Source: a virus | Lineage: Duplodnaviria > Heunggongvirae > Uroviricota > Caudoviricetes | Reading direction: 5' to 3' (one strand) | Virus record (IMG/VR): IMGVR_UViG_2548876936_000010 | Length of the DNA stretch: 34,655 nt | Part shown: positions 27,313 through 34,655 of the stretch, in pieces | Numbering within the stretch: the stretch's first letter is position 1 | Layout: each line of letters starts with the position of its first letter | Notes under the pieces: generated by a model | Told to the model about the DNA's origin: nothing | Database searches by the model: none | The model's input: the letters and a program-made list of their open reading frames with translations, nothing else | Made by a program: the position numbers and the translations under genes

Positions 27313-28317
27313 ATGTCAAAAGAAAACACACCAATGGAACCAAGCATAAATATAAAGGCAGACTTCACTGAGATATTAAATTCATCGCCAAAGGGCGTTA
27401 AGTATATATTCAATATTCTCTTCGGAAAAAAACACGCAGAGGCCGAGAGAAGGATTAGGCTATCGAACGCTCAAGATTATGCAGATATGAAAAAGATCAT
27501 ATCTGGAGAAGCAACATATGATAATGAGAGGAACCAAATAACACCTTCTAACCAAGACATTAAGTCATTAATTGTTAGTGCATTGCAGGATGAGGAAATT
27601 AAAAATCTTATAGGCTGCATCAGAAGCGCCTCAGAATACATTAAAGATGATACTGATAACGATGGTGGTCCATCCCAAGACTTTATTAACAGATGGCGAA
27701 GCGATGCGAAACTAATCAGTGAACAGTCTATCCAGTACGTTTGGGGGCGAATTCTAGCGGAAGAAATAAACACACCTCAAACTGTAAGCGTAAGAACCCT
27801 TGATGTAATAAAAAACCTATCAAAAGAAGAGGCTGAATATTTCTCAGAGGTACTTGACTTTATATTTTACGATTCTTATTTGATTGATAATGGAGATACC
27901 AAGAATCCATTCATCTCACCAGAAAAAGGTCATAAATTGAGAGATGCAGGATTAATAGTTACTTTTACTCCTGGAATGTATTTCTCCGAGACATGGGATA
28001 CACAACATTTTGTTCTCAGTGGAGCCACCATACCAAAAGTATTCTACATCAGCAGTTCTGATAAGTATTACTTTATCGATGCAGGCAAAATAACTGACGA
28101 CCCTAAAATTCTGGTATGGAAGTTAACAAATGCTGGCAAAGAACTATATAAAATTCTAAAGAAAGATCATAAAACCAAAGAAGAATCAGTAAAAAAAATT
28201 ATTGACTGGATATTAAACAGCACTAAAGCTTCTGAGTTTTACCATGGGGATATTATTAAACATTCAGACAATAGCCTGTCAGTTGAGAACTTACTGACTA
28301 TAAGCAGAAATAGATAG
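27313..28317 (+). CDS. Hypothetical protein (334 aa), AT-rich cargo at the position P2 uses for tin/old
   Basis: ATG at 27313 with ggag upstream; no Walker A or other motif I can recognise; convergent with A; followed by a hairpin. Confidence 0.65.
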   Translation: MSKENTPMEPSINIKADFTEILNSSPKGVKYIFNILFGKKHAEAERRIRLSNAQDYADMKKIISGEATYDNERNQITPSNQDIKSLIVSALQDEEIKNLIGCIRSASEYIKDDTDNDGGPSQDFINRWRSDAKLISEQSIQYVWGRILAEEINTPQTVSVRTLDVIKNLSKEEAEYFSEVLDFIFYDSYLIDNGDTKNPFISPEKGHKLRDAGLIVTFTPGMYFSETWDTQHFVLSGATIPKVFYISSSDKYYFIDAGKITDDPKILVWKLTNAGKELYKILKKDHKTKEESVKKIIDWILNSTKASEFYHGDIIKHSDNSLSVENLLTISRNR

Positions 28318-28353
28318 AACATCAAAACAAGGCCCCATATCTAATCAGTATAC

Positions 28354-28392
28354 GAACAGGCAAGAACATCCGTTTTTGTCTGTTCCTTTCAA
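28354..28392 (+). terminator. Candidate intrinsic terminator (14-bp stem with two G-U pairs, 4-nt loop, then ctttcaaaac)
   Basis: gaacaggcaagaac (28354..28367) / gtttttgtctgttc (28372..28385), 37 nt after the stop of the 334-aa gene. Confidence 0.45.
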
Positions 28393-28762
28393 AACAACCC
28401 CCCGCATCCCCATAATACTAAAAGATGTTTTTCCTTTTATTCAAACCCACAATAATGTTTACGCTCAATAATAAAAAACATCAGAATATTTTTTGACTCC
28501 TACACAGCTTGCTTCTCAACCCCGTTGTGTATATCATCAGGACCAAGCCATTTCACACCAGTGTTATCCATCACTTGTTCAGAAATCATCGCTACTTTTA
28601 TGACAGAGTAGTGACTCTATATACTAAGAATTACGACCGCCCTTATTATCCTGACTTTCATCAATAAAGAAAATAATACCGCCAGCTTTATCTCTTGGTG
28701 AATAAGGAGGGCCAGTGCCAGTGCTAACCAGATAACTGCCTATCTGAATTAACTTGTTGTCA

Positions 28763-31048
28763 TTAGCTCCACTCCGTTTCTGTTGAATACCCCGGCCACT
28801 CATCAGCGACCGCATAACTGAATTTTTTCTCGCCATATATCACCGTTGCACCTCGCGTCAGCGCCTCAAGCTCCCATCGCTGCGGTCTGATACCGTTCTG
28901 AGCAAGGTCAACGCGGATAGGGATGATTTGCAATCGTTCAGACCTGGTCAGTCTGGCAGATGGTGCAATTTCATGCGGTTTTAACGGGCTTCCGTTTCTT
29001 TGCTGACGATTTGATGTTCTCAGGCCGTGTTTTAATGCGCCCCTGAGCGCCCTCACGACCTCCGGGTCATTCCATTCGATAACACCGTCATCAACCAGAT
29101 TAAGCACTGCTGAGGCGTGCTCAGAAGGTGTGGGAGCCGGTAACGAAATATCACCACCGGTGAGCTTTCCACAGTTATTGACAGGACTCCGAGGCGCGGC
29201 GATGCCGCTTTTTAAAGTCAAAGGCTCAACGACCGGAACTTTCGGCACAATGCGCCAGTCCGTCGTTCTGGTGATATGAATATGACGCGCGCCGAGATGC
29301 GGCGCGTAAATGCCGACCACTCTCTCGACTTCTTCCTCGTACTCGTTAACGTCATCCGACGGGCTACGGGCAACCCTGACAGTCTGACAATCGCGCGGGA
29401 CATTTGCCCCACCCTGCGCGCTGATATACAACGCAAAATCACCACTGTCTGCGGCAGCGCGAGCAGCCTCGACGCGTTCGTCAAACTCATCAGCAATACT
29501 GACGCCGCGAGGCAATTTGCGTAGTTCACGGTAAGCCCCCATTGTCGGCAGGCCAACCGTTTTAAATTGCGGAATTCGCCACGTTGACGCCCATGCGGTA
29601 ACAGCCGCAGCAGTATCTTTCAGCGGCCTGCCGGTATCATTATCGAGCTGACCATCCAGTGCATAGCCATCGATGTTTTTTGAGATGTATTTTGCGATAT
29701 ACCCCGCAGCACCGCCCCGGTTAAGATGTTTTGCCTGAAAACGGTTTCGCGCGGCTCCTCTTTCGTCGCCATCCTCTTTGAGCGCATAGCGACGCATGAT
29801 TTCGATAATCTGGTTACGCTGGCGTGGATTACAAAAAAGCATCATATGCCAGTGCGGCGTTCCGTCGTGGTGTGGCTCGACGACACGCAAACCGTAGACC
29901 TGTAAATCATTATCCTTGAATGCCGTGCGCATCAGGCTCCAGATATGGCAGAGATAACGCTGCGCATCCTTTGGATTAAATGCCTCATCGTTCCAGCCGT
30001 GATTTAGCTGGACGGTTTTACTTTCGCCTTTTCCGACCTGACGTGTCGGGTGATACTTTGACGGCGCGGTAAGCGTGATAAACATCCCCACATCACCCTC
30101 TGCGGCGGCGTAACGCTCAATACCGGCAATGGTGTTCATCAGCTCCATCCGGCGAATTTCAGGATTAGAAATACTGCCCATCACCTTACTGATAAGGTCG
30201 ATGCGTTCGCCGGTTTCCCTGTTTTCAAGGTCACACGATTTAAGAAATTCCAGATTTGCCTGGCGGCGTGCACGCACATCACGAATGGCATGTTTACTGG
30301 CATAAGGTGAACGGTCTTTATTGACCTCCCCGACAGCAATCAGTAACGCCTCATGCCAGCGCATACGCTGGCCTTTAAGCTGACTAATCCACCACTCATC
30401 GTTAAACAGGCGGGCAATGGCAGAATATGCCTGCCTCGTGGTCATCTGTCCTTTACGGTATTTTTTCCAGTAGAGCGGGGAAATATTGAAAGCACGTGCA
30501 GCGCCAGCAACATGACCATAGAGGTGAGCCTGCGCCTCATCCGTAAACAGCGATTCTTTTTCGCCATGCGCATCCACCCAGGCATCGCAGAGTTCCTCAT
30601 ACATCATGAAAAGCTGCGATGAGATACGGGCGGCAAACTTTTTCAGCTCCTTATCATTCATCCCCGGCAGACGCGCATAATGGTCACGCTCTGCCAGAAA
30701 CAGCAACGACGCGTCGGTGTTCATTTCATGGCGCTGATTCACGCGCTCAATGCGCGGCCATAAACGACGCTGAAAAGTGGATGTGAGGAAATAAAACCCG
30801 TGCACCGGGCTTTTATTGCGCCGGATGTAGTCATAGCGTGAAGTAAACAGCGAGCGCAAAAAGTAAGGCAGGCGGTTAATCGTGGATAAAACACCTTGCA
30901 CCTGACGCATCTCGTCACGTGTAAGGGGTCTTTCGCGCCCGACGGCCTCGCGTGGCGCGTTCCATGCATAAGCACCGGTAAACGCCTTACCGGTGCCTGC
31001 AGCAAATGCTGACGGAGGGACAAAACGCCCGGAGGCTTTAACGGCCAT
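28763..31048 (-). CDS. A: Rolling-circle replication initiator gpA (761 aa from ATG at 31048)
   Basis: ORF 28763..31090; contains HUH-type motif (PHWHMMLF) and tyrosine motif GYIAKYISK; internal start MAVKASGRF... Confidence 0.85.
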   Translation of the reverse strand: MAVKASGRFVPPSAFAAGTGKAFTGAYAWNAPREAVGRERPLTRDEMRQVQGVLSTINRLPYFLRSLFTSRYDYIRRNKSPVHGFYFLTSTFQRRLWPRIERVNQRHEMNTDASLLFLAERDHYARLPGMNDKELKKFAARISSQLFMMYEELCDAWVDAHGEKESLFTDEAQAHLYGHVAGAARAFNISPLYWKKYRKGQMTTRQAYSAIARLFNDEWWISQLKGQRMRWHEALLIAVGEVNKDRSPYASKHAIRDVRARRQANLEFLKSCDLENRETGERIDLISKVMGSISNPEIRRMELMNTIAGIERYAAAEGDVGMFITLTAPSKYHPTRQVGKGESKTVQLNHGWNDEAFNPKDAQRYLCHIWSLMRTAFKDNDLQVYGLRVVEPHHDGTPHWHMMLFCNPRQRNQIIEIMRRYALKEDGDERGAARNRFQAKHLNRGGAAGYIAKYISKNIDGYALDGQLDNDTGRPLKDTAAAVTAWASTWRIPQFKTVGLPTMGAYRELRKLPRGVSIADEFDERVEAARAAADSGDFALYISAQGGANVPRDCQTVRVARSPSDDVNEYEEEVERVVGIYAPHLGARHIHITRTTDWRIVPKVPVVEPLTLKSGIAAPRSPVNNCGKLTGGDISLPAPTPSEHASAVLNLVDDGVIEWNDPEVVRALRGALKHGLRTSNRQQRNGSPLKPHEIAPSARLTRSERLQIIPIRVDLAQNGIRPQRWELEALTRGATVIYGEKKFSYAVADEWPGYSTETEWS

Positions 31049-31313
31049 ATGAGCCAAAAGCCTCTGAACAACGCCTGCTGAGTTGCTCAACCTGCGCGTT
31101 TAAATCAGCAAAAGACTTTGCGCTTCCGGTCAGAATATCGTGATGCATCAGGCCGGAAACAAGCTGGCTTAATTTCGGGTAATAACCAACCACCGCCAGC
31201 CATTCCTGACCGGCGTTTTTACCGCTTTCCGCTCTCTTTTTCTCGTGGAGAATAAACTGGAAGCTGTCACTGGTAACGACATAACGTTCGCCAATTTCAA
31301 TACGAATACTCAT
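31038..31313 (-). CDS. Small early-operon protein (91 aa), P2 orf83-position
   Basis: 91-aa ORF immediately upstream of A, overlapping its start; synteny only. Confidence 0.5.
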   Translation of the reverse strand: MSIRIEIGERYVVTSDSFQFILHEKKRAESGKNAGQEWLAVVGYYPKLSQLVSGLMHHDILTGSAKSFADLNAQVEQLSRRCSEAFGSYGR

Positions 31314-31534
31314 GCCGTTCTCCGGTAATGTTTGTTTTTTGCTTCAAAGACTGACTGACAGGAAACACAACGCGTGGCTGACGGATAAGCCGCACGACGG
31401 GCAGCAGGTATTGGCGCGTCACACTCTTCGCAAACCAGCGCAGAAGCACCGCAATGTTTTACCCTTGCCGCGTTAATCTGGCGCTCCAGTAATTCAGCCT
31501 GTTGTTCCTGAATAAAATCTACGTTGTCCGGCAT
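31310..31534 (-). CDS. TraR/DksA-type C4 zinc-finger protein (74 aa)
   Basis: CxxC...CxxC pattern (CEECDAPIPAARRAAYPSATRCVSCQ) near the C-terminus. Confidence 0.6.
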   Translation of the reverse strand: MPDNVDFIQEQQAELLERQINAARVKHCGASALVCEECDAPIPAARRAAYPSATRCVSCQSVFEAKNKHYRRTA

Positions 31535-31536
31535 TA

Positions 31537-31839
31537 TCAGCTCCTTTTATCGTTAAGTTTCCTGGATACATCAGCGCAATAACTGGCAAGTTCTGTCGTT
31601 AATTTTGTCAGTTCATCCACTGAGGAAATTTGCTTGTGGAATACAGCGCGTTTAACAAGTAAATTGACCACATCAGACAGGAGGTTTAATTCATTCTGAT
31701 AAATCGCGATAACAGATTCAGTGATGTCGCGTTTTTCTTTATCAAGACAAAGTTGAATAAGAGACAAATCGCCATTTTTCATAACGGCGATTTTTAAGGC
31801 GTTATTCAGTAATACAACTGAATGAGAACAGGACATCAA
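31537..31839 (-). CDS. Small early-operon protein (100 aa), function unknown
   Basis: ORF tightly packed in the B-to-A operon (stop/start overlaps). Confidence 0.5.
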   Translation of the reverse strand: MMSCSHSVVLLNNALKIAVMKNGDLSLIQLCLDKEKRDITESVIAIYQNELNLLSDVVNLLVKRAVFHKQISSVDELTKLTTELASYCADVSRKLNDKRS

Positions 31840-32093
31840 AGTACCTCCCCGCGAGACAATCCGATATTGTGAAATTTTTCCGACTCCTGACTGAGCAGCT
31901 CGACTATCTCCACGCGGGATAACTCCGCCTTTGTGATGTGGCGAATCATGGCGTCAAGATGAGAAGAAAAGCGCGTCGCCGCGTCGGCCTGTGCTTCGGT
32001 TCTGGCCTGTTGCAGCAGTAATGCGTATTTACCGCACTGATTTTCAGAAACTGTATGCATGACTTTCTCCAGGCAAAAAGAAGCCCCGCACAA
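31836..32093 (-). CDS. Small early-operon protein (85 aa or shorter from internal ATG), function unknown
   Basis: ORF between B and the next small ORF; overlapping stop/start. Confidence 0.45.
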   Translation of the reverse strand: MCGASFCLEKVMHTVSENQCGKYALLLQQARTEAQADAATRFSSHLDAMIRHITKAELSRVEIVELLSQESEKFHNIGLSRGEVL

Positions 32094-32123
32094 TTAAGTG
32101 CGTTAAAAACTCTGGTTAATTAC

Positions 32124-32624
32124 TTAATGCAGATATTGCTCTGGTTTTACCGACGTCAGAATTGTCGGTGCATACTCAAACAGGCTGAATAATTCACGTA
32201 ATGCACGGAATAAAGCATCACGCCAGTAACATGACTCTTCATTAATTCGCCAGTATGGCTGGTTAAATTCTTTTTCTGTCAGTCGTGCGTGCATAAATAA
32301 AGTGCGACGCTGACTGACTGTTAAAAAACTAATATATGCATACTCACTTGCGCCAAGCTGACGGCGTTTTGAGAATGCCCCGCGCAATTCATCAATTGCA
32401 CATACCAGTCGTTCACGTTCGACGTCGTTCATTTCTTCAAAACGCATCGTTGCGTGACGCTGTTTTAACTGCGCATGAAAGCAAACCGTTAGCCGTTCGC
32501 GTTCCATCATCTGATTATAATAATCGCATGTCTCCTGCCAGCGAGGGACGGCCAGATGCTTACCAATTATCCGGCGCATAGTTGCTGGCTGTTTTTCAAC
32601 GAGATTGAGCGTCATCACTGTCAT
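32124..32624 (-). CDS. B: Replication protein gpB (166 aa)
   Basis: 166-aa ORF upstream of the small ORFs and A; length as P2 B. Confidence 0.75.
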   Translation of the reverse strand: MTVMTLNLVEKQPATMRRIIGKHLAVPRWQETCDYYNQMMERERLTVCFHAQLKQRHATMRFEEMNDVERERLVCAIDELRGAFSKRRQLGASEYAYISFLTVSQRRTLFMHARLTEKEFNQPYWRINEESCYWRDALFRALRELFSLFEYAPTILTSVKPEQYLH

Positions 32625-32818
32625 TTCCAGACCCTCCGGCTTTTCAGAAAGGTCAGAGCCTTCTTTAACGGACTCTGTTTTTTGGTGCGGATAATGATTC
32701 CCTTGCGTCCCTTCCCGTGGGTGATGGTAAAGTCAATCGCCCTGGGGCTTTCGTTACGCAATAACTGAGCAATACAACGAGGCTCGTTCATCCTTTCCAC
32801 CTTAAGCCGCACGGCCAT
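32621..32818 (-). CDS. Small basic protein between cox and B (about 56-65 aa; start uncertain)
   Basis: ORF 32621..32911 overlaps cox; internal ATGs at 32818 and 32791 are plausible starts; P2 orf78-position. Confidence 0.3.
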   Translation of the reverse strand: MAVRLKVERMNEPRCIAQLLRNESPRAIDFTITHGKGRKGIIIRTKKQSPLKKALTFLKSRRVWK

Positions 32819-33173
32819 GTCTTGATTTGCTGTAACTAATGCGATTTTTCCAGTCATGCCATTCTGTCGGAGCTTCATCAACCAGTTGGGCTGCGTACTT
32901 GTCCCACTCACGGCGATTAATCCATAATTCAGCTTTCCCTCTTGGTTTTAATGGGTCTGTCATGTAGAAGGCTGGCAGCTTTCCTGCTTTAGCCATTTCA
33001 GCCACCGCGCGTGGTGTCTTACCGATGTAAAGAGCAAAACCTTCTTTCGACAGCAAATCAGATGGGCGCTCTGAAATCTGAATGCTTTTACGTTTGGCTT
33101 CATTTTCGAAACTTGCCTCATCGCTAGTTGGACAAGAAATTTCTACATTTGTCGTCACTTTGCTATCCTCCAT
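32802..33173 (-). CDS. cox: Cox-like HTH protein (123 aa from ATG at 33173, or 118 aa from GTG after GGAGGA)
   Basis: HTH-like region FALYIGKTPRAVAEMAKAGKLPAFYMTD; first gene of the early operon divergent from C. Confidence 0.55.
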   Translation of the reverse strand: MEDSKVTTNVEISCPTSDEASFENEAKRKSIQISERPSDLLSKEGFALYIGKTPRAVAEMAKAGKLPAFYMTDPLKPRGKAELWINRREWDKYAAQLVDEAPTEWHDWKNRISYSKSRHGRAA

Positions 33174-33266
33174 AAGATTTGCGATTCACCAACTGGAGCC
33201 ATCTAGAGCCTTTTTGAGTGAATCACAAATTGCCAAGTAACAATATAATTGGAGATTAGCAAAATT
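33174..33266. promoter_or_regulatory. Immunity switch region between divergent cox and C (expected early and repressor promoters and operators)
   Basis: 93-bp intergenic region; contains 7-bp inverted repeat gattcac (33183..33189) / gtgaatc (33218..33224); assignment by synteny only. Confidence 0.4.
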
Positions 33267-33566
33267 ATGTCAAGTGAACAAAGTGAAAAACTAAAGCTCA
33301 TCCGTGAATCCGAACGCCTTAAAACTAAGGAACTTGCTGAATTAATTGGAATTAATTACTACACATATCATGGATATGAATCAGGAAAATCAAAAATGCC
33401 TATGGAAGCAGGTATGAAGCTGTTTAAGCATCCACGCTTTCGCAAGTATCGTGACTGGTTCATGTTTGATGAAACAGATCCAGCAGCTGGACAAATAGCC
33501 CCGGCTCTCGCACACATTGGGCAAGACTCAACAACCTTGCACCACTCAGACCAGAAAACTGGCTGA
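33267..33566 (+). CDS. C: Immunity repressor C (99 aa from ATG at 33267)
   Basis: ORF 33249..33566; ATG at 33267 after ggag; HTH-like KTKELAELIGINYYTYHGYESGKS; immediately upstream of int. Confidence 0.75.
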   Translation: MSSEQSEKLKLIRESERLKTKELAELIGINYYTYHGYESGKSKMPMEAGMKLFKHPRFRKYRDWFMFDETDPAAGQIAPALAHIGQDSTTLHHSDQKTG

Positions 33567-33659
33567 CGATTTATTCAGCATATGTGTGTAGTAAATGTAC
33601 GAAAGAAAATTGCATTAATTTTCAAGTAGTAGAAGTAAACAGCGTCATCGGAGGGCTTT

Positions 33660-34655
33660 ATGTCTATTAAAAAGCTCGATGATGGTCGTTATGAAGTGGA
33701 CGTCAGACCGCAGGGTGCAGATGGAAAACGTATCAGGCGGAAATTTAAAACTAAAGGTGAAGCTCAAGCATTCGAACGTCATGTACTGGTTAACTACCAC
33801 AACAAAGAGTGGCTGGAGAAACCAGCCGACCGCCGAACTCTTACAGAGTTGTTAGGCAGATGGTGGATATATCACGGAAAATCACATGAGCGTGGAGATA
33901 TTGAACGGGGGCGTTTAACGACAATAATCGCCAAATTTGCAGAAATGGGAGTGTCCAGAGCTGACCAGCTAACAAAGAAAACGATAACTGATTATCGCGT
34001 TGTAATGATGAACGATGGTCTAAAACCAGCCAGCGTAAATCGGCATCTGGCAATAATGAGCGGGATGTTCACCAAGTTAATTGACGCCGGTGAATACCAC
34101 TCTCACAACCCGTTCCGTGAGGTTAAGCGGTTACGTGAAGCTGTTACAGAAATGGCTTTTTTGTCCAGTGAAGAGATTACGCGACTGTTATCCATGCTTG
34201 ATGGTGATGAATTAAATGCGACTCTGGTCTGCCTTTCTACTGGTGGACGCTGGAGTGAAGTGTCTAATTTAAAAGCTGAACACATCATTAACCAGATGGT
34301 TACGTTTATGAAAACTAAAAACGGAAAGCGCAGGACAATTCCCGTTTCGCAGGACCTGATTAAACGGATCAAGACCAAAAATTCAGGCAGGCTTTTTAAT
34401 GCCAGTTACTACAAAGTGCGTAACGCTCTCCGGGAAGTAAAACCCGATTTACCTGACGGACAAGCAGTACATGTTTTGAGGCATACATTTGCCACACATT
34501 TTATAATGAATGGAGGTAACATAATCACATTGCAGCGCATCCTGGGTCATTCTAACATTCAGCAAACTATGACCTACGCACACTTTGCACCGGATTTCTT
34601 ACAAGATGCTGTGACTCTTAACCCGGTGTCAGGAATGTCCATAATGCGTCCATAA
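33660..34655 (+). CDS. int: Tyrosine integrase (331 aa)
   Basis: ATG at 33660 after ggaggg; C-terminal catalytic motifs HVLRHTFATHF and LGHSNIQQTMTYAHF; last gene before window end. Confidence 0.9.
   Translation: MSIKKLDDGRYEVDVRPQGADGKRIRRKFKTKGEAQAFERHVLVNYHNKEWLEKPADRRTLTELLGRWWIYHGKSHERGDIERGRLTTIIAKFAEMGVSRADQLTKKTITDYRVVMMNDGLKPASVNRHLAIMSGMFTKLIDAGEYHSHNPFREVKRLREAVTEMAFLSSEEITRLLSMLDGDELNATLVCLSTGGRWSEVSNLKAEHIINQMVTFMKTKNGKRRTIPVSQDLIKRIKTKNSGRLFNASYYKVRNALREVKPDLPDGQAVHVLRHTFATHFIMNGGNIITLQRILGHSNIQQTMTYAHFAPDFLQDAVTLNPVSGMSIMRP

Overview
This window is a near-complete P2-like prophage, running from the late activator ogr at the window start to the tyrosine integrase at the window end. 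The GC-rich backbone is collinear with P2 and its ORF lengths match my recollection of P2 almost gene for gene: tail module (D, U, T, E/E+E', FII, FI), fibre and baseplate (G, H, I, J, W, V), tail completion (S, R), lysis cassette (lysC/lysB/lysA, K, Y), head and packaging (X, L, M, N, O, P, Q), a 19-nt cos match, and the early region (A, four small ORFs, B, cox, C, int). Four AT-rich cargo loci interrupt it. (1) Between Q and cos sits a reverse-transcriptase module: an RT with clear RT motifs, a 2-TM protein translationally coupled to it (ATGA overlap), and a hairpin-rich ~230-nt leader with a candidate promoter; it looks retron-like and is the most interesting candidate system. (2) Between FI and G (the P2 Z/fun position) is a three-gene island: a small membrane protein, a 194-aa tyrosine recombinase with intact catalytic residues, and a 280-aa unknown protein, bracketed by a perfect 16-bp inverted repeat. 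(3) Between V and S is a 261-aa three-TM membrane protein on the opposite strand. (4) Between cos and A (the P2 tin/old position) is a 334-aa unknown protein and no old-like ATPase. All calls rest on reading the sequence and on recalled family knowledge; no database search or folding was run, so novelty cannot be established here.
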